From positions 4,692 through 68,691 of the forward strand of contig NZ_CANMRL010000009.1 in NCBI RefSeq assembly GCF_947500255.1: a stretch of DNA of 64,000 nucleotides. The letters run 5' to 3'. The stretch is from an uncultured Psychroserpens sp. GTDB taxonomy: Bacteria > Bacteroidota > Bacteroidia > Flavobacteriales > Flavobacteriaceae. The notes under the pieces were generated by a model. That model saw nothing but the letters and a program-made list of their open reading frames with translations. It had not been told where the DNA came from and made no database searches. This document shows positions 8,322 to 17,826 of the stretch, in pieces. A program made the position numbers and the translations under genes. Positions within the stretch are counted from its first letter, which is position 1. Every line of letters starts with the position of its first letter.

Positions 8322-9005
8322 ATGAAGATTCACAAAATATTAATTATCATAGCTGTAGCTATTGTGTTTGGGTTTACAGCACAAGAAAAAAATGGGCTAC
8401 CTGAAGGGTTTATACATGTTAAAGATATCATTCCAGATATTGATGTGGAGCTACGCTATTTTTCTAATAATAATTTTGTTGGAGATACTATTGTAGGCTA
8501 TAAGGCCAATACTTTGATTTTAACAAAACAGTCTGCCGAAGCTCTAAAAAAAGTGCAAGATGAGTTACAAGAGCAAAATTTATGTTTGCGTGTCTATGAT
8601 GGGTATCGTCCTCAGCGCGCAGTAAACCACTTTATGCGTTGGGCTAAAGATTTAAACGATACGATTAACAAACAACAGTTTTATCCAGATGTTGAAAAAC
8701 GACATTTGTTTAAAGAGGAGTATATTGCAACACGCTCTGGTCATAGTCGAGGAAGTACTATAGATTTGACAATTATCGATGGTAATACCAACGAGCCATT
8801 AGATATGGGAAGTCCGTATGATTTCTTCGGAAAAGAATCTTGGGTTGAGCACCCAGATCTAACCAAAGAACAAAAGAATAACAGGCAGATGTTACAACAA
8901 GTGATGTTAAAACATAATTTTAGAAATTATCCCAAAGAGTGGTGGCATTTCACATTGCGTTGGGAACCTTTTCCCAAGACTTATTTTGATTTTGAAGTAG
9001 AGTAG
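8322..9005 (+). CDS. ddpX: D-alanyl-D-alanine dipeptidase (M15D, VanX/DdpX-like), exported
   Basis: YDGYRP, SGHSRG, IDLT and EWWHF motifs; signal peptide. Confidence 0.88.
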   Translation: MKIHKILIIIAVAIVFGFTAQEKNGLPEGFIHVKDIIPDIDVELRYFSNNNFVGDTIVGYKANTLILTKQSAEALKKVQDELQEQNLCLRVYDGYRPQRAVNHFMRWAKDLNDTINKQQFYPDVEKRHLFKEEYIATRSGHSRGSTIDLTIIDGNTNEPLDMGSPYDFFGKESWVEHPDLTKEQKNNRQMLQQVMLKHNFRNYPKEWWHFTLRWEPFPKTYFDFEVE

Positions 9006-9008
9006 ACC

Positions 9009-9746
9009 TTACTTTTGTCTTTTTTGAAATGTTCCATTCTTGAATACCCAAGTAACTTTTTGCTGCTCTCTTTTATGAAATCCATTGTCTGGATCAAATT
9101 CATAATAAAAATGTGAGAGTTCTTTAGATTTTGGATTGTATTTAAGATTGATTTTATCGACGCGATTTGCGTAGACGGGTAAATGTTTTTGTCCACCAAA
9201 CATAGAATCACATAATTCTAAAGTATTGTCTTTAAATCTATAAACCCTAGCTAATGAATGATGTTGTCCTCCACCATAAGTTCCCCAACCTAGTAATAAA
9301 TAAAACGATTCGTTTTTGGCTTTGATTTGATAAACGCCATAAATTATAACCGATGTTGGTTCACCAGTCATATGTTCATCTCCAGAATCTAATTTCAAAT
9401 ATTTAATTTGTCCAGAACTAGTTTTAAACTGGGCATATGAGGCCATATCATGCCAGCTTCCGCCATTTATTCTATCCCAACTATAGGTTTTTATCAAACT
9501 ATCTTCTGATGTTTTTATAGTCACGTATTTTGATAATTTTGTCAAAGGACTGTAAAAGCTACTTGAATCTTTAAGATCAAATACTAAGCGTTTCTCAATA
9601 ATTGGAGATATAGCAATTGCCAATTCAGAATCAACCGAATTTAAAAGTTTAAAGTTTTCAGAGATAAAAGTGTCATCAAACTCATTATTTTGTGCATTTA
9701 ATGTGTATGAAAAAACTAATAGTAATAGTATGGTTATTCTAATCAT
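9009..9746 (-). CDS. Secreted hypothetical protein
   Basis: Start reassigned to ATG 9746 (MIRITILLLLVFS signal peptide), overlapping the upstream stop by 8 nt. Confidence 0.7.
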   Translation of the reverse strand: MIRITILLLLVFSYTLNAQNNEFDDTFISENFKLLNSVDSELAIAISPIIEKRLVFDLKDSSSFYSPLTKLSKYVTIKTSEDSLIKTYSWDRINGGSWHDMASYAQFKTSSGQIKYLKLDSGDEHMTGEPTSVIIYGVYQIKAKNESFYLLLGWGTYGGGQHHSLARVYRFKDNTLELCDSMFGGQKHLPVYANRVDKINLKYNPKSKELSHFYYEFDPDNGFHKREQQKVTWVFKNGTFQKRQK

Positions 9747-10290
9747 TGAACTTGCCTTTATATTTAATAGCTTGTTTAACATGTGCCAAGTGATGATTAC
9801 TATGCCATGCATATGTACCAATGGTTTCGTCTAATCTAAACCGTTTTCCATGTTCTGGATGTACAAACTCTCTAGATAACTCTTCCTCTGAAATATTGCG
9901 AAGTAGCTTACTCAGTTTGGCGTGTAGTCCTTTGAGTAAACTTAGTGTATCATCTAAACTATCATCATTGCTATCAATCAAATTTGCCCAGCGATCTTCA
10001 TAATAAGGTCTGATGGTTGGTGAATCTTCAGTTAGTGCAAGTTTAAACCTAATGATACTATTCATATGACTATCTGCACAATGATGCACCACTTGTTTGA
10101 TGTTCCATCCATCTGGTCTGTATTGCCATTTGAGTTGGTCTACATTTAGATCTTTGATTGCTTCATTAATCGCTTTTGGAAATTGTTCGATGTCATTTAT
10201 CCAACCCGATATCATTTCCGAAGAGATATTTTTGGGAGCAGTAAATTCACCAATTGGAAATCGTAATTTGTATAATTCTTCTGAAATCAT
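9739..10290 (-). CDS. YfiT/DinB-family metal-dependent (bacillithiol-type) transferase
   Basis: YRPDGWNIKQVVHHCADSH and YAWHSNHHLAH. Confidence 0.88.
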   Translation of the reverse strand: MISEELYKLRFPIGEFTAPKNISSEMISGWINDIEQFPKAINEAIKDLNVDQLKWQYRPDGWNIKQVVHHCADSHMNSIIRFKLALTEDSPTIRPYYEDRWANLIDSNDDSLDDTLSLLKGLHAKLSKLLRNISEEELSREFVHPEHGKRFRLDETIGTYAWHSNHHLAHVKQAIKYKGKFND

Positions 10291-10304
10291 GCCATTATTT
10301 TATT

Positions 10305-12620
10305 TTAAAATCGTACTCTAAAACTAATATTAGGTGTAATGCCTAAAGATACATTTTCAATGGTTACAATATCACCATTTGTATTTTCTGAATAGTAGGT
10401 ATTGATCACATTTTCCCTGTCTAATAGATTCCATATCGACGCTCCAATAGATGCATTCATTCTATTGGTAAGTCTTAACTGGTACGTTGCAGAAAGATCT
10501 GTTCTGAAGTAATCACTCTGTCTACTACTATTTGGAGTTGTATATTCAATTTGCGAATTGGTATCATCTTGCATTGATAAAGGCAATGTTTGGGGTTTTC
10601 CAGAATGCCAATTAACGCCTAATGCTAATTTTAAATCATTAATAGTGTAAGTGCCAGCAAAGGTTGCGGTATGTCTTACATCGATATTATTAGGAAACGG
10701 GTTACCATTGTTTAAGTCGTCAAATTCATAATCATTCTGGCTGTAAGAATAACTTAACCACGTACTAAATGAATCAAATTGTTTGTTGATTAAAAAATCG
10801 ATACCTCTTACTTGATATTTTCCGATAGCATCTGTGAATTGAAACTGATTTTGAAATCCTTGACTTCTAGACGTAATACCGTCAATATCTTTAATAAAAC
10901 CTTCGGCACTAATAAGTAGCTTGTTTTTATTATAATGAATTCCAACAGCGCCTTGAACACTTTTAATGATAGGTATATCTTCGTTATTAGATAAGATCCA
11001 ACGTCGTTTTTCAATACCTAAGAAGTCATTTTGTAAATCGATGATTTGAGAGGTAGTCTGACTTTTTAATTCGGCTAAAAATTCTAATCTAAAATCATTA
11101 CTCAGCTTGTGGCTCAACGATAAACGCGGTTCTGTGAAAAATTCCGAGAATTTTTCAATGTAATTAGTTCTTAGTCCAATTCGTGCATATGTGCTTTTAC
11201 TGGCTGAGGTAAATTCGGCTTCACCATAAATAGAATGTGTTCGTACAACTTCTTTGATAAAACTCTCTGAGTCTGGATTATTAGTGTCTTCCGCATTACT
11301 AATAATAACCTCACTAAATTGATAACCACCATGTAATTTTAAATTGTCATCTATATGATTTGTAGCATTAATCTTAATACCTAAATCGTTAACGCGATTG
11401 TCTTGATTGGTACGTTGACTACTTGCAATATCAAAGTTTGTGGCTCTTAAGTCATAACCTGTATAGTAAAATTGCGCTGTGGTCGTAAGCTTACTATTCC
11501 AGTATTTTAGATATTGAAAACCAGTAGCAAAATTGTTTTGTATGAGTTCATTTTTTAAAGGAATACCAGAATCATCATCAGACCTTTGGTCATAGGTAAG
11601 CTTGTTGTTTATGGTTAAAAAATTAAAACGAAATTGATCTTGATCTGTGATATCGTATAAAAACTTTGTCGCTATATCATAAAAGTAAAAACGTTCATTA
11701 TTAGAGATTACTTCAGAGCTGCCTTGTTGCGGATTAGAAAAGTCACTATCCTGAAAGACACGTTGTAGATATTGATCATAGGTTGGCGTGAAAATAAAAT
11801 CGGTAACAGAGCGTCGAGCTGAGACTTGTATTTCGGTGTAATCATTTAAGGGGACTTTAGCAAAACCATCAGCATTGATAAGATTAAAGCCAGCTCCAGC
11901 GATAAAATCTTGATCCAAACTATTAGATTGTGTCATATCTATCACACTTGATACACCATCACCAAATTTTACGCTCGTACCATTTTTTGAAATATTAACC
12001 TCTTTTGTGAGGTATGGATTAAAAGCAGATACCAAACCAAAAAAATGTCCAGATTGATACATTTTTATACCATCCCAAAGAATTAAGTTTTGATCGTGAG
12101 TGCCACCTCTAACATTGATGCTAGAGACACGTTCATCTACACTAAGAATTCCTGGTAAGGCTTGTATACTTTGTAAAACATCAGATTCTATTAATCCTGG
12201 GAGTATTCCAAAATCTTCAGTTTTAATATTGATTTTACCGTCACTCTTTTTGGAAATACCTTTGGTTAAGAAATTAGTAATGACGACTTCTTCCAGCTTT
12301 TGAGTAATAAAGCTACTAAATGGATTTGAACGTTTAGAGATGACTACATTAGTGTCATTGATGCGTATGAAATCTAGGTTGGTTTCAGATTTTAAAAACT
12401 TTAGAACGTCTTCTAACGATAATTCATCATCAGGTAGCACAGCAGTTTTGTTTTCAACAGTTTGATCTAAATAACTAAAGTTAATATTGAATTTTTGCTC
12501 TAATTGTAAAATAATTTCGACAAGCGGAAGTTTCTTTTTTGAATTAGTTTGTGCATAAGTGCGACTAGCATTCAAAAAGAATAAGGTTATAAAAAGATAG
12601 AAGACACCTTTTTTACTCAC
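10305..12620 (-). CDS. TonB-dependent receptor with N-terminal signalling (STN) domain
   Basis: N-terminal LEQKFNINFSY STN-like region, plug NVRGGTHDQNLILWDG, terminal Phe. Confidence 0.9.
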   Translation of the reverse strand: MSKKGVFYLFITLFFLNASRTYAQTNSKKKLPLVEIILQLEQKFNINFSYLDQTVENKTAVLPDDELSLEDVLKFLKSETNLDFIRINDTNVVISKRSNPFSSFITQKLEEVVITNFLTKGISKKSDGKINIKTEDFGILPGLIESDVLQSIQALPGILSVDERVSSINVRGGTHDQNLILWDGIKMYQSGHFFGLVSAFNPYLTKEVNISKNGTSVKFGDGVSSVIDMTQSNSLDQDFIAGAGFNLINADGFAKVPLNDYTEIQVSARRSVTDFIFTPTYDQYLQRVFQDSDFSNPQQGSSEVISNNERFYFYDIATKFLYDITDQDQFRFNFLTINNKLTYDQRSDDDSGIPLKNELIQNNFATGFQYLKYWNSKLTTTAQFYYTGYDLRATNFDIASSQRTNQDNRVNDLGIKINATNHIDDNLKLHGGYQFSEVIISNAEDTNNPDSESFIKEVVRTHSIYGEAEFTSASKSTYARIGLRTNYIEKFSEFFTEPRLSLSHKLSNDFRLEFLAELKSQTTSQIIDLQNDFLGIEKRRWILSNNEDIPIIKSVQGAVGIHYNKNKLLISAEGFIKDIDGITSRSQGFQNQFQFTDAIGKYQVRGIDFLINKQFDSFSTWLSYSYSQNDYEFDDLNNGNPFPNNIDVRHTATFAGTYTINDLKLALGVNWHSGKPQTLPLSMQDDTNSQIEYTTPNSSRQSDYFRTDLSATYQLRLTNRMNASIGASIWNLLDRENVINTYYSENTNGDIVTIENVSLGITPNISFRVRF

Positions 12621-13509
12621 GTTTTAGCCTAATGATATTATCCGTTTTACTATACTTCAATTGTAATGGTAAAGTAATGGATTTTAAGGCAATTTCTATA
12701 TCATTATGCATAAAACTTCCTGTAAATTTTTGAGAATCGTCAATATTGTTAAATTCAACAGACACATTATATTGTCTTTCGAATTCGGCAATGACCTCTC
12801 TATATGGAATACTTTTAAAGGTACTCTTATGGTTTAACCACGATGGACTTGGTAATTCTTCTTTTTCTGTAGCAATATATTTCCCATCAATAATTAAAAA
12901 AGTATCTCCAGGTAGGAGTGTTGTTTGTTTTGTATTTGTGTGAACACCAACTTTACCTTCATAACAAGTCACTTCAAAATACTTGTCTCGCTGCTTAACA
13001 TTAAATTGAGTACCGAGAACTGTTACTGTTCCTATTTCGGTTTTTACATCAAAACGTTGTCCTTTAGCAACATTAAAAAAAGCTTCTCCTTGAAGTGATA
13101 AATTACGATTATCGTCCCAGTTAGAGGCGTTAAACACAATACTGGATACAGCATTAAGTTCAACACGTGATGCATCAGGTAATACCAAAGATTTTTGTTC
13201 AGATACCAGAGTTCTTGTGGTCGTATCTAAGCTATTGCTGTAAAAATAAATACCAAAGCAAATTACTAGTACAGCAGCAATTTTAGACACGATTGATATG
13301 AGTTTATAGCGTTTTGTAGGTTTTGATTTGACGGTGTTCCATACAGTATCTAACTCATCTTCAGTGTCTAAAGCTTTTGCTTTAAACCCTTTAAGTTGTA
13401 GGTCTAATTTGATGAGATCATTATAATCTTCAAGCTGCTTGAATGCTTCAAGCTCTTGAGGGTTAAGATCGTGATCTAACCATTTTTGTATGAGGCTTTC
13501 TCTGTTCAT
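12613..13509 (-). CDS. FecR-family anti-sigma factor
   Basis: Single TM; LPDASRVELN, LQGEAFF, VLGTQFNV. Confidence 0.92.
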   Translation of the reverse strand: MNRESLIQKWLDHDLNPQELEAFKQLEDYNDLIKLDLQLKGFKAKALDTEDELDTVWNTVKSKPTKRYKLISIVSKIAAVLVICFGIYFYSNSLDTTTRTLVSEQKSLVLPDASRVELNAVSSIVFNASNWDDNRNLSLQGEAFFNVAKGQRFDVKTEIGTVTVLGTQFNVKQRDKYFEVTCYEGKVGVHTNTKQTTLLPGDTFLIIDGKYIATEKEELPSPSWLNHKSTFKSIPYREVIAEFERQYNVSVEFNNIDDSQKFTGSFMHNDIEIALKSITLPLQLKYSKTDNIIRLKRE

Positions 13510-13525
13510 AATATAAATTCACTCA

Positions 13526-13556
13526 TATAACAGTTCAAGAATAAAAATTCCTACCT
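13526..13556 (-). promoter_or_regulatory. Candidate ECF sigma promoter of fecR-TBDR
   Basis: AGGTAGGAATTTTTA-N9-TGTTATA; same motif and spacing at 14111 and 60350. Confidence 0.65.
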
Positions 13557-13557
13557 T

Positions 13558-14073
13558 TTATAGTTCATCAATATCTTGTCTTAATTTTTTTAATGCACCA
13601 TAAATACGCTTTTCTACAGCTTTCGTAGAAATATCAAGTAATTGGGCAATTTCCTTGAAGCGTTTTCCTTCAACTCTATTCATTAAAAAGGCGACACGTT
13701 GTGCTTCGGTTAGATTGGCAATGGCTTTTTCTAATTTCTCTTTGTATTGCTTTTCTTGTAACAGAAACTCGGGATTGATATTGGTGCTGTGTTTTGGTTT
13801 GATTTGTTGATGTCTTAATACTACTTTTCGATGGGCAAATTCGTTTAACATGAGATTATTAGCTGTCGTAAACAAAAAACTTTTTGCTTTGTCCTGTGGT
13901 ACTTTAGCACAATTTTCCCACAATTTCACAAACGCTTCTTGCATTTTGTCTTGCGGATTGAACTGGCTTCCAAACTTGTAGTAGAGAAAGTCATATAAGT
14001 CTTTAGAATACTTTCTGAAGATAGAAGAAAACAATTGTTCTTCGCAAATATGTTCCTTAAGTGGTTTTGACAT
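13558..14073 (-). CDS. ECF RNA polymerase sigma factor
   Basis: sigma2 (DKMQEAFVKLW) and sigma4 (KEIAQLLDISTKAVEKR) regions. Confidence 0.92.
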   Translation of the reverse strand: MSKPLKEHICEEQLFSSIFRKYSKDLYDFLYYKFGSQFNPQDKMQEAFVKLWENCAKVPQDKAKSFLFTTANNLMLNEFAHRKVVLRHQQIKPKHSTNINPEFLLQEKQYKEKLEKAIANLTEAQRVAFLMNRVEGKRFKEIAQLLDISTKAVEKRIYGALKKLRQDIDEL

Positions 14074-14110
14074 TTTTATTCTTGGTTGCGCTAAGTTATA
14101 AAAATTATTG

Positions 14111-14141
14111 AGGTAGGAATTTTTAAGATATAAATGTTCTA
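14111..14141 (+). promoter_or_regulatory. Candidate ECF sigma promoter, divergent from the sigma gene
   Basis: AGGTAGGAATTTTTA-N9-TGTTCTA; 15-mer identical to the fecR promoter. Confidence 0.65.
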
Positions 14142-14145
14142 TTAA

Positions 14146-14234
14146 AAATATAAGTAATTGTTAAGCAAACTTAACCGTTAGTTTTAGTTTTTAGTTGGTA
14201 AAAAAGGATTGTTGGTCATAGCAATCCTTTTTTT
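14146..14234 (+). ncRNA. Candidate ECF-dependent small RNA
   Basis: Bounded by the ECF promoter and a + strand terminator; no ATG inside; ffh has its own promoter downstream. Confidence 0.45.
14200..14234 (+). terminator. Intrinsic terminator
   Basis: GGATTGTTG gtca TAGCAATCC plus T7; G.U pairs form only on +. Confidence 0.75.
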
Positions 14235-14279
14235 ATGGCTTAATTTCAAACTTCGCTTTATAAATACATCACAAATCGT

Positions 14280-14287
14280 TAAATTTG
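14280..14287 (+). promoter_or_regulatory. sigmaA -7 element of ffh
   Basis: TAAATTTG 23 nt before the ATG. Confidence 0.65.
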
Positions 14288-14310
14288 CATCTTTAAAATT
14301 CTATAAGAAT

Positions 14311-15639
14311 ATGTTTAATAATTTAAGTGAAAAGTTAGATAAAGCATTACACGTCTTAAAAGGGCATGGTAGTATTACCGAAGTCAATGTAGCAGAAACT
14401 TTAAAAGAAGTTCGTAGAGCCTTATTAGATGCCGATGTCAACTTTAAAATAGCTAAAGAATTTACCAATAGAGTCAAGGAAAAAGCTTTAGGCCAAAACG
14501 TATTGACGAGCTTACAACCAGGTCAATTAATGGTCAAGCTTGTTAAAGATGAATTGACTGAACTTATGGGTGGAGATGCCGAAGGTATTAACCTTTCTGG
14601 AAACCCAAGCGTGATTTTAATGTCTGGTTTACAAGGTTCTGGTAAAACGACGTTTTCAGGTAAATTGGCAAACTATCTCAAAAATAAAAAAACAAAACGC
14701 CCTCTTTTAGTAGCCTGTGATGTTTACCGTCCTGCTGCGATTGACCAATTACATGTTGTAGGAGAGCAAATTAATGTTGAGGTTTATAGTGATAAAGGTA
14801 ATAGTGATCCAGTAGCTATTGCTCAAGCAGGTATAGCGCACGCAAAAGCTAATGGTTTTAATGTGGTTATTATAGATACTGCTGGACGTTTAGCAGTTGA
14901 TCAAGCCATGATGGATGAAATTTCTAATATCCACAGTGCAATACAACCGCAGGAAACTTTATTTGTAGTCGATTCTATGACAGGTCAAGATGCTGTGAAT
15001 ACAGCAAAAGCCTTCAATGATATCTTAAATTTTGATGGTGTTATCCTTACCAAATTAGATGGTGATACTCGAGGTGGTGCTGCCATTTCAATTAAGTCTG
15101 TGGTAAATAAGCCAATTAAATTTATTGGTACAGGAGAAAAGATGGAAGCTATTGATGTCTTCTATCCATCACGTATGGCAGATCGTATCTTAGGAATGGG
15201 AGATGTGGTGTCTCTTGTAGAAAGAGCACAAGAACAATATGATGAAGAGGAAGCTCGTAAAATCCAAAAGAAAATTGCCAAAAATCAGTTCGGATTTGAT
15301 GATTTCTTGAAGCAGATACAGCAAATCAAGAAAATGGGTAACATGAAAGATTTGATTGGAATGATTCCAGGAGCAGGAAAAATGATGAAGAATATAGATA
15401 TTGATGACGATGCTTTTAAAGGTATTGAAGCTATTATTCATTCTATGACTCCAGGAGAACGATCTAATCCTTCTATTATAAATGCAAGTAGAAAAAAGCG
15501 TATTGGAAAAGGTTCTGGAACCTCGGTACAAGAAGTCAATCAGCTTTTAAAGCAATTCAATCAGATGAGTAAGATGATGAAGATGATGCAAGGCGGAAAA
15601 GGAAAAGCAATGATGCAAGCTATGAAAGGCATGAGATAA
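14311..15639 (+). CDS. ffh: Signal recognition particle protein Ffh
   Basis: GLQGSGKTT, DTAGR, TKLDGDTRGGAA, Met-rich M domain; true start MFNNLSEKL at 14311. Confidence 0.97.
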   Translation: MFNNLSEKLDKALHVLKGHGSITEVNVAETLKEVRRALLDADVNFKIAKEFTNRVKEKALGQNVLTSLQPGQLMVKLVKDELTELMGGDAEGINLSGNPSVILMSGLQGSGKTTFSGKLANYLKNKKTKRPLLVACDVYRPAAIDQLHVVGEQINVEVYSDKGNSDPVAIAQAGIAHAKANGFNVVIIDTAGRLAVDQAMMDEISNIHSAIQPQETLFVVDSMTGQDAVNTAKAFNDILNFDGVILTKLDGDTRGGAAISIKSVVNKPIKFIGTGEKMEAIDVFYPSRMADRILGMGDVVSLVERAQEQYDEEEARKIQKKIAKNQFGFDDFLKQIQQIKKMGNMKDLIGMIPGAGKMMKNIDIDDDAFKGIEAIIHSMTPGERSNPSIINASRKKRIGKGSGTSVQEVNQLLKQFNQMSKMMKMMQGGKGKAMMQAMKGMR

Positions 15640-15656
15640 TAACTCATGCTTTTTTT
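15628..15656 (+). terminator. Intrinsic terminator overlapping the ffh stop
   Basis: GGCATGAG ataataa CTCATGCT followed by a T run. Confidence 0.7.
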
Positions 15657-15685
15657 ATATAATTAAAACACACAACAATCAACAC

Positions 15686-16561
15686 ATGGTAATTCTAGAC
15701 GGAAAAAAGGTAAGTAACGACATTAAAGACGAAATCAAACAACAGGTTGACAAGATGAAGGCTAAAGGAGAGAAAGTTCCTCATTTAGCTGCTGTTATTG
15801 TTGGAAATGATGGAGCAAGTTTAACCTATGTAGGAAGTAAAGTACGTGCTTGCGAACGGGTAGGTTTTGAGTCTACAATGGTACGCATGTCAAACACGAC
15901 CAGTGAAATAGAATTATTAGATAAGATTGAAGAATTAAACCAAAATAATGATATCGACGGATTTATCATTCAGTTGCCATTGCCTCCTCAAATTAATACT
16001 CAAAAAGTACTGATGGCTGTAGATCCCAGTAAAGATGTAGATGGATTTCACCCTGAAAACTTTGGAAAAATGGCACTTGATATGAGTACCTTTATTCCGG
16101 CGACACCTTTTGGAATTTTAGAATTATTAGATCGTTACGGAGTAGAAACTAAAGGAAAACATACAGTTGTCATTGGAAGAAGTCATATTGTTGGTCGTCC
16201 AATGAGTATCTTAATGGGACGTAAAGGATTTCCTGGGAACTCAACAGTGACATTAACTCACAGTCACACAAAAAACATCACTCAAATTACATCACAAGCC
16301 GATATTATTATATCTGCTTTAGGCGTTCCAAACTTTTTAAAAGCAGAAATGGTAAAAGATGATGTTGTTATTATCGATGTTGGAATTACTAGAGTACCAG
16401 ATGATAATTCTCCTAAAGGATATATCATAACTGGTGATGTTGATTTTCAAAATGTAAGTAAAAAAGCAAGTTATATTACACCTGTTCCAGGAGGTGTTGG
16501 TCCAATGACTATCGCTATGCTACTTAAAAACACATTGCTTGCTAGAGAGCAGCGTATGTAG
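15686..16561 (+). CDS. folD: Methylenetetrahydrofolate dehydrogenase/cyclohydrolase
   Basis: KDVDGFHP, GRSHIVGRP, TPVPGGVGPMT. Confidence 0.97.
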   Translation: MVILDGKKVSNDIKDEIKQQVDKMKAKGEKVPHLAAVIVGNDGASLTYVGSKVRACERVGFESTMVRMSNTTSEIELLDKIEELNQNNDIDGFIIQLPLPPQINTQKVLMAVDPSKDVDGFHPENFGKMALDMSTFIPATPFGILELLDRYGVETKGKHTVVIGRSHIVGRPMSILMGRKGFPGNSTVTLTHSHTKNITQITSQADIIISALGVPNFLKAEMVKDDVVIIDVGITRVPDDNSPKGYIITGDVDFQNVSKKASYITPVPGGVGPMTIAMLLKNTLLAREQRM

Positions 16562-16586
16562 TCTCCTTATTTACTTATATTGCAGT

Positions 16587-17300
16587 ATGGTTAATCTCTG
16601 TGCTGCTTTAGAACGTGTGCTTATTTTAAGTTGGGAACATGTATTGCCAATTGTTATGGCTGTTGTTTTTACAATTACCTTAATACGGTATGCAAGGACT
16701 ATTTCTACTGAAAAGCAGCAGCATTTCATTCATCTCATAGCTGTTTTTATTTCTATTACAGTTGTAGCATTTCATATCTATCACATGATATTAGGCGACT
16801 ACGATTTTAAAAATGATCTCCCTTTGTATTTGTGTAGTTTATTAGGAGTGATTATTCCTGTATACACGTATTATAAACGCTATTGGATGTTTGAAATTTT
16901 AGTGTTTTGGATTATCGCAGGAACTCTACAAGCTGTAATTACACCAGATATTTCAGAAGGTTTTCCAAGTTTAGATTATTTTAGATATTGGATAGTTCAT
17001 TTAGGATTACTGATTGTTATCTTCTACAGTATTTTTGTTTTTAAGCTCAAACCGAAGCTCAAAAGTGTTTTTAAGTCTTTTTTTGCATTGCAGATTTATG
17101 TGATACTCATGATCTTGGCAAATTTTCTTTTGGATTCTAATTATTTTTACCTTAATAGTAAACCAGAGTCCGCTTCTGTATTAGATTATTTTGGAGAGTG
17201 GCCGTATTATATTATTATTTGTCAGCTCATAATTATTCCTTTATTTCTTATTATTTATTTGCCATTTTATTTCCGAAGAAATCATTTAGCAAACAATTGA
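16587..17300 (+). CDS. YwaF/TIGR02206-like integral membrane protein
   Basis: [21 protein letters not shown]...[12 protein letters not shown]; start uncertain (first ATG at 16587). Confidence 0.8.
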   Translation: MVNLCAALERVLILSWEHVLPIVMAVVFTITLIRYARTISTEKQQHFIHLIAVFISITVVAFHIYHMILGDYDFKNDLPLYLCSLLGVIIPVYTYYKRYWMFEILVFWIIAGTLQAVITPDISEGFPSLDYFRYWIVHLGLLIVIFYSIFVFKLKPKLKSVFKSFFALQIYVILMILANFLLDSNYFYLNSKPESASVLDYFGEWPYYIIICQLIIIPLFLIIYLPFYFRRNHLANN

Positions 17301-17704
17301 TTGATGTCTTTAAACGCTTTAAATTCTAAAGCATTTCCAGATGGGTCTAAAAAAAACATGGTTGCCTGTTCTCCTGCTAGACCTTCAAATCGTATGTAAG
17401 GATCGATAACAAATTTTATACCTTTTTTTGTAAGTGTATATGCAAAATTGTGAAAGGTATCCCATGGCAGTACTACACCAAAATGCGGGACAGGAACTGC
17501 TTTTCCGTCTACAGCATTTGTATGAATATCATTTTCAGATTTTGGTTTATAGTGAATAACAAGTTGATGACCAAAGAGGTTAAAATCTACCCAATGTTCA
17601 CTACTTCGTCCTTCGTCACAATTGAGTATATCTCTATAAAATGTTCGACATTCATTAAGGTTATGAACGGGAATTGCGATGTGAAATGGTGCTATGTTAT
17701 TCAT
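17282..17704 (-). CDS. VOC-family glyoxalase/dioxygenase
   Basis: [25 protein letters not shown]. Confidence 0.9.
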   Translation of the reverse strand: MNNIAPFHIAIPVHNLNECRTFYRDILNCDEGRSSEHWVDFNLFGHQLVIHYKPKSENDIHTNAVDGKAVPVPHFGVVLPWDTFHNFAYTLTKKGIKFVIDPYIRFEGLAGEQATMFFLDPSGNALEFKAFKDINQLFAK

Positions 17705-17757
17705 GATTAAAATAATTTACAGGTAAAAATAACATTTAATCACTACAATGTAAAGGC

Positions 17758-17805
17758 AAAAAAGACTTACTAAAAACAATCTGTTTTTTTAGCAAGTCTT
17801 TTTTT
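17758..17805. terminator. Long hairpin, probable terminator of the minus-strand cluster
   Basis: AAAAAAGACTT-a-CTAAAAA...TTTTTAG-c-AAGTCTTTTTT. Confidence 0.6.
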
Positions 17806-17826
17806 AATTAGCAAGTTATCAATTAG

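Noticed and set aside
14209-14310. N-terminal extensions in the ORF track (ffh, 48483, 34929, 9821, 60277, 55594)
   Set aside because: The extensions run through promoters, terminators or neighbouring genes. Downstream ATGs give family-typical starts or signal peptides.
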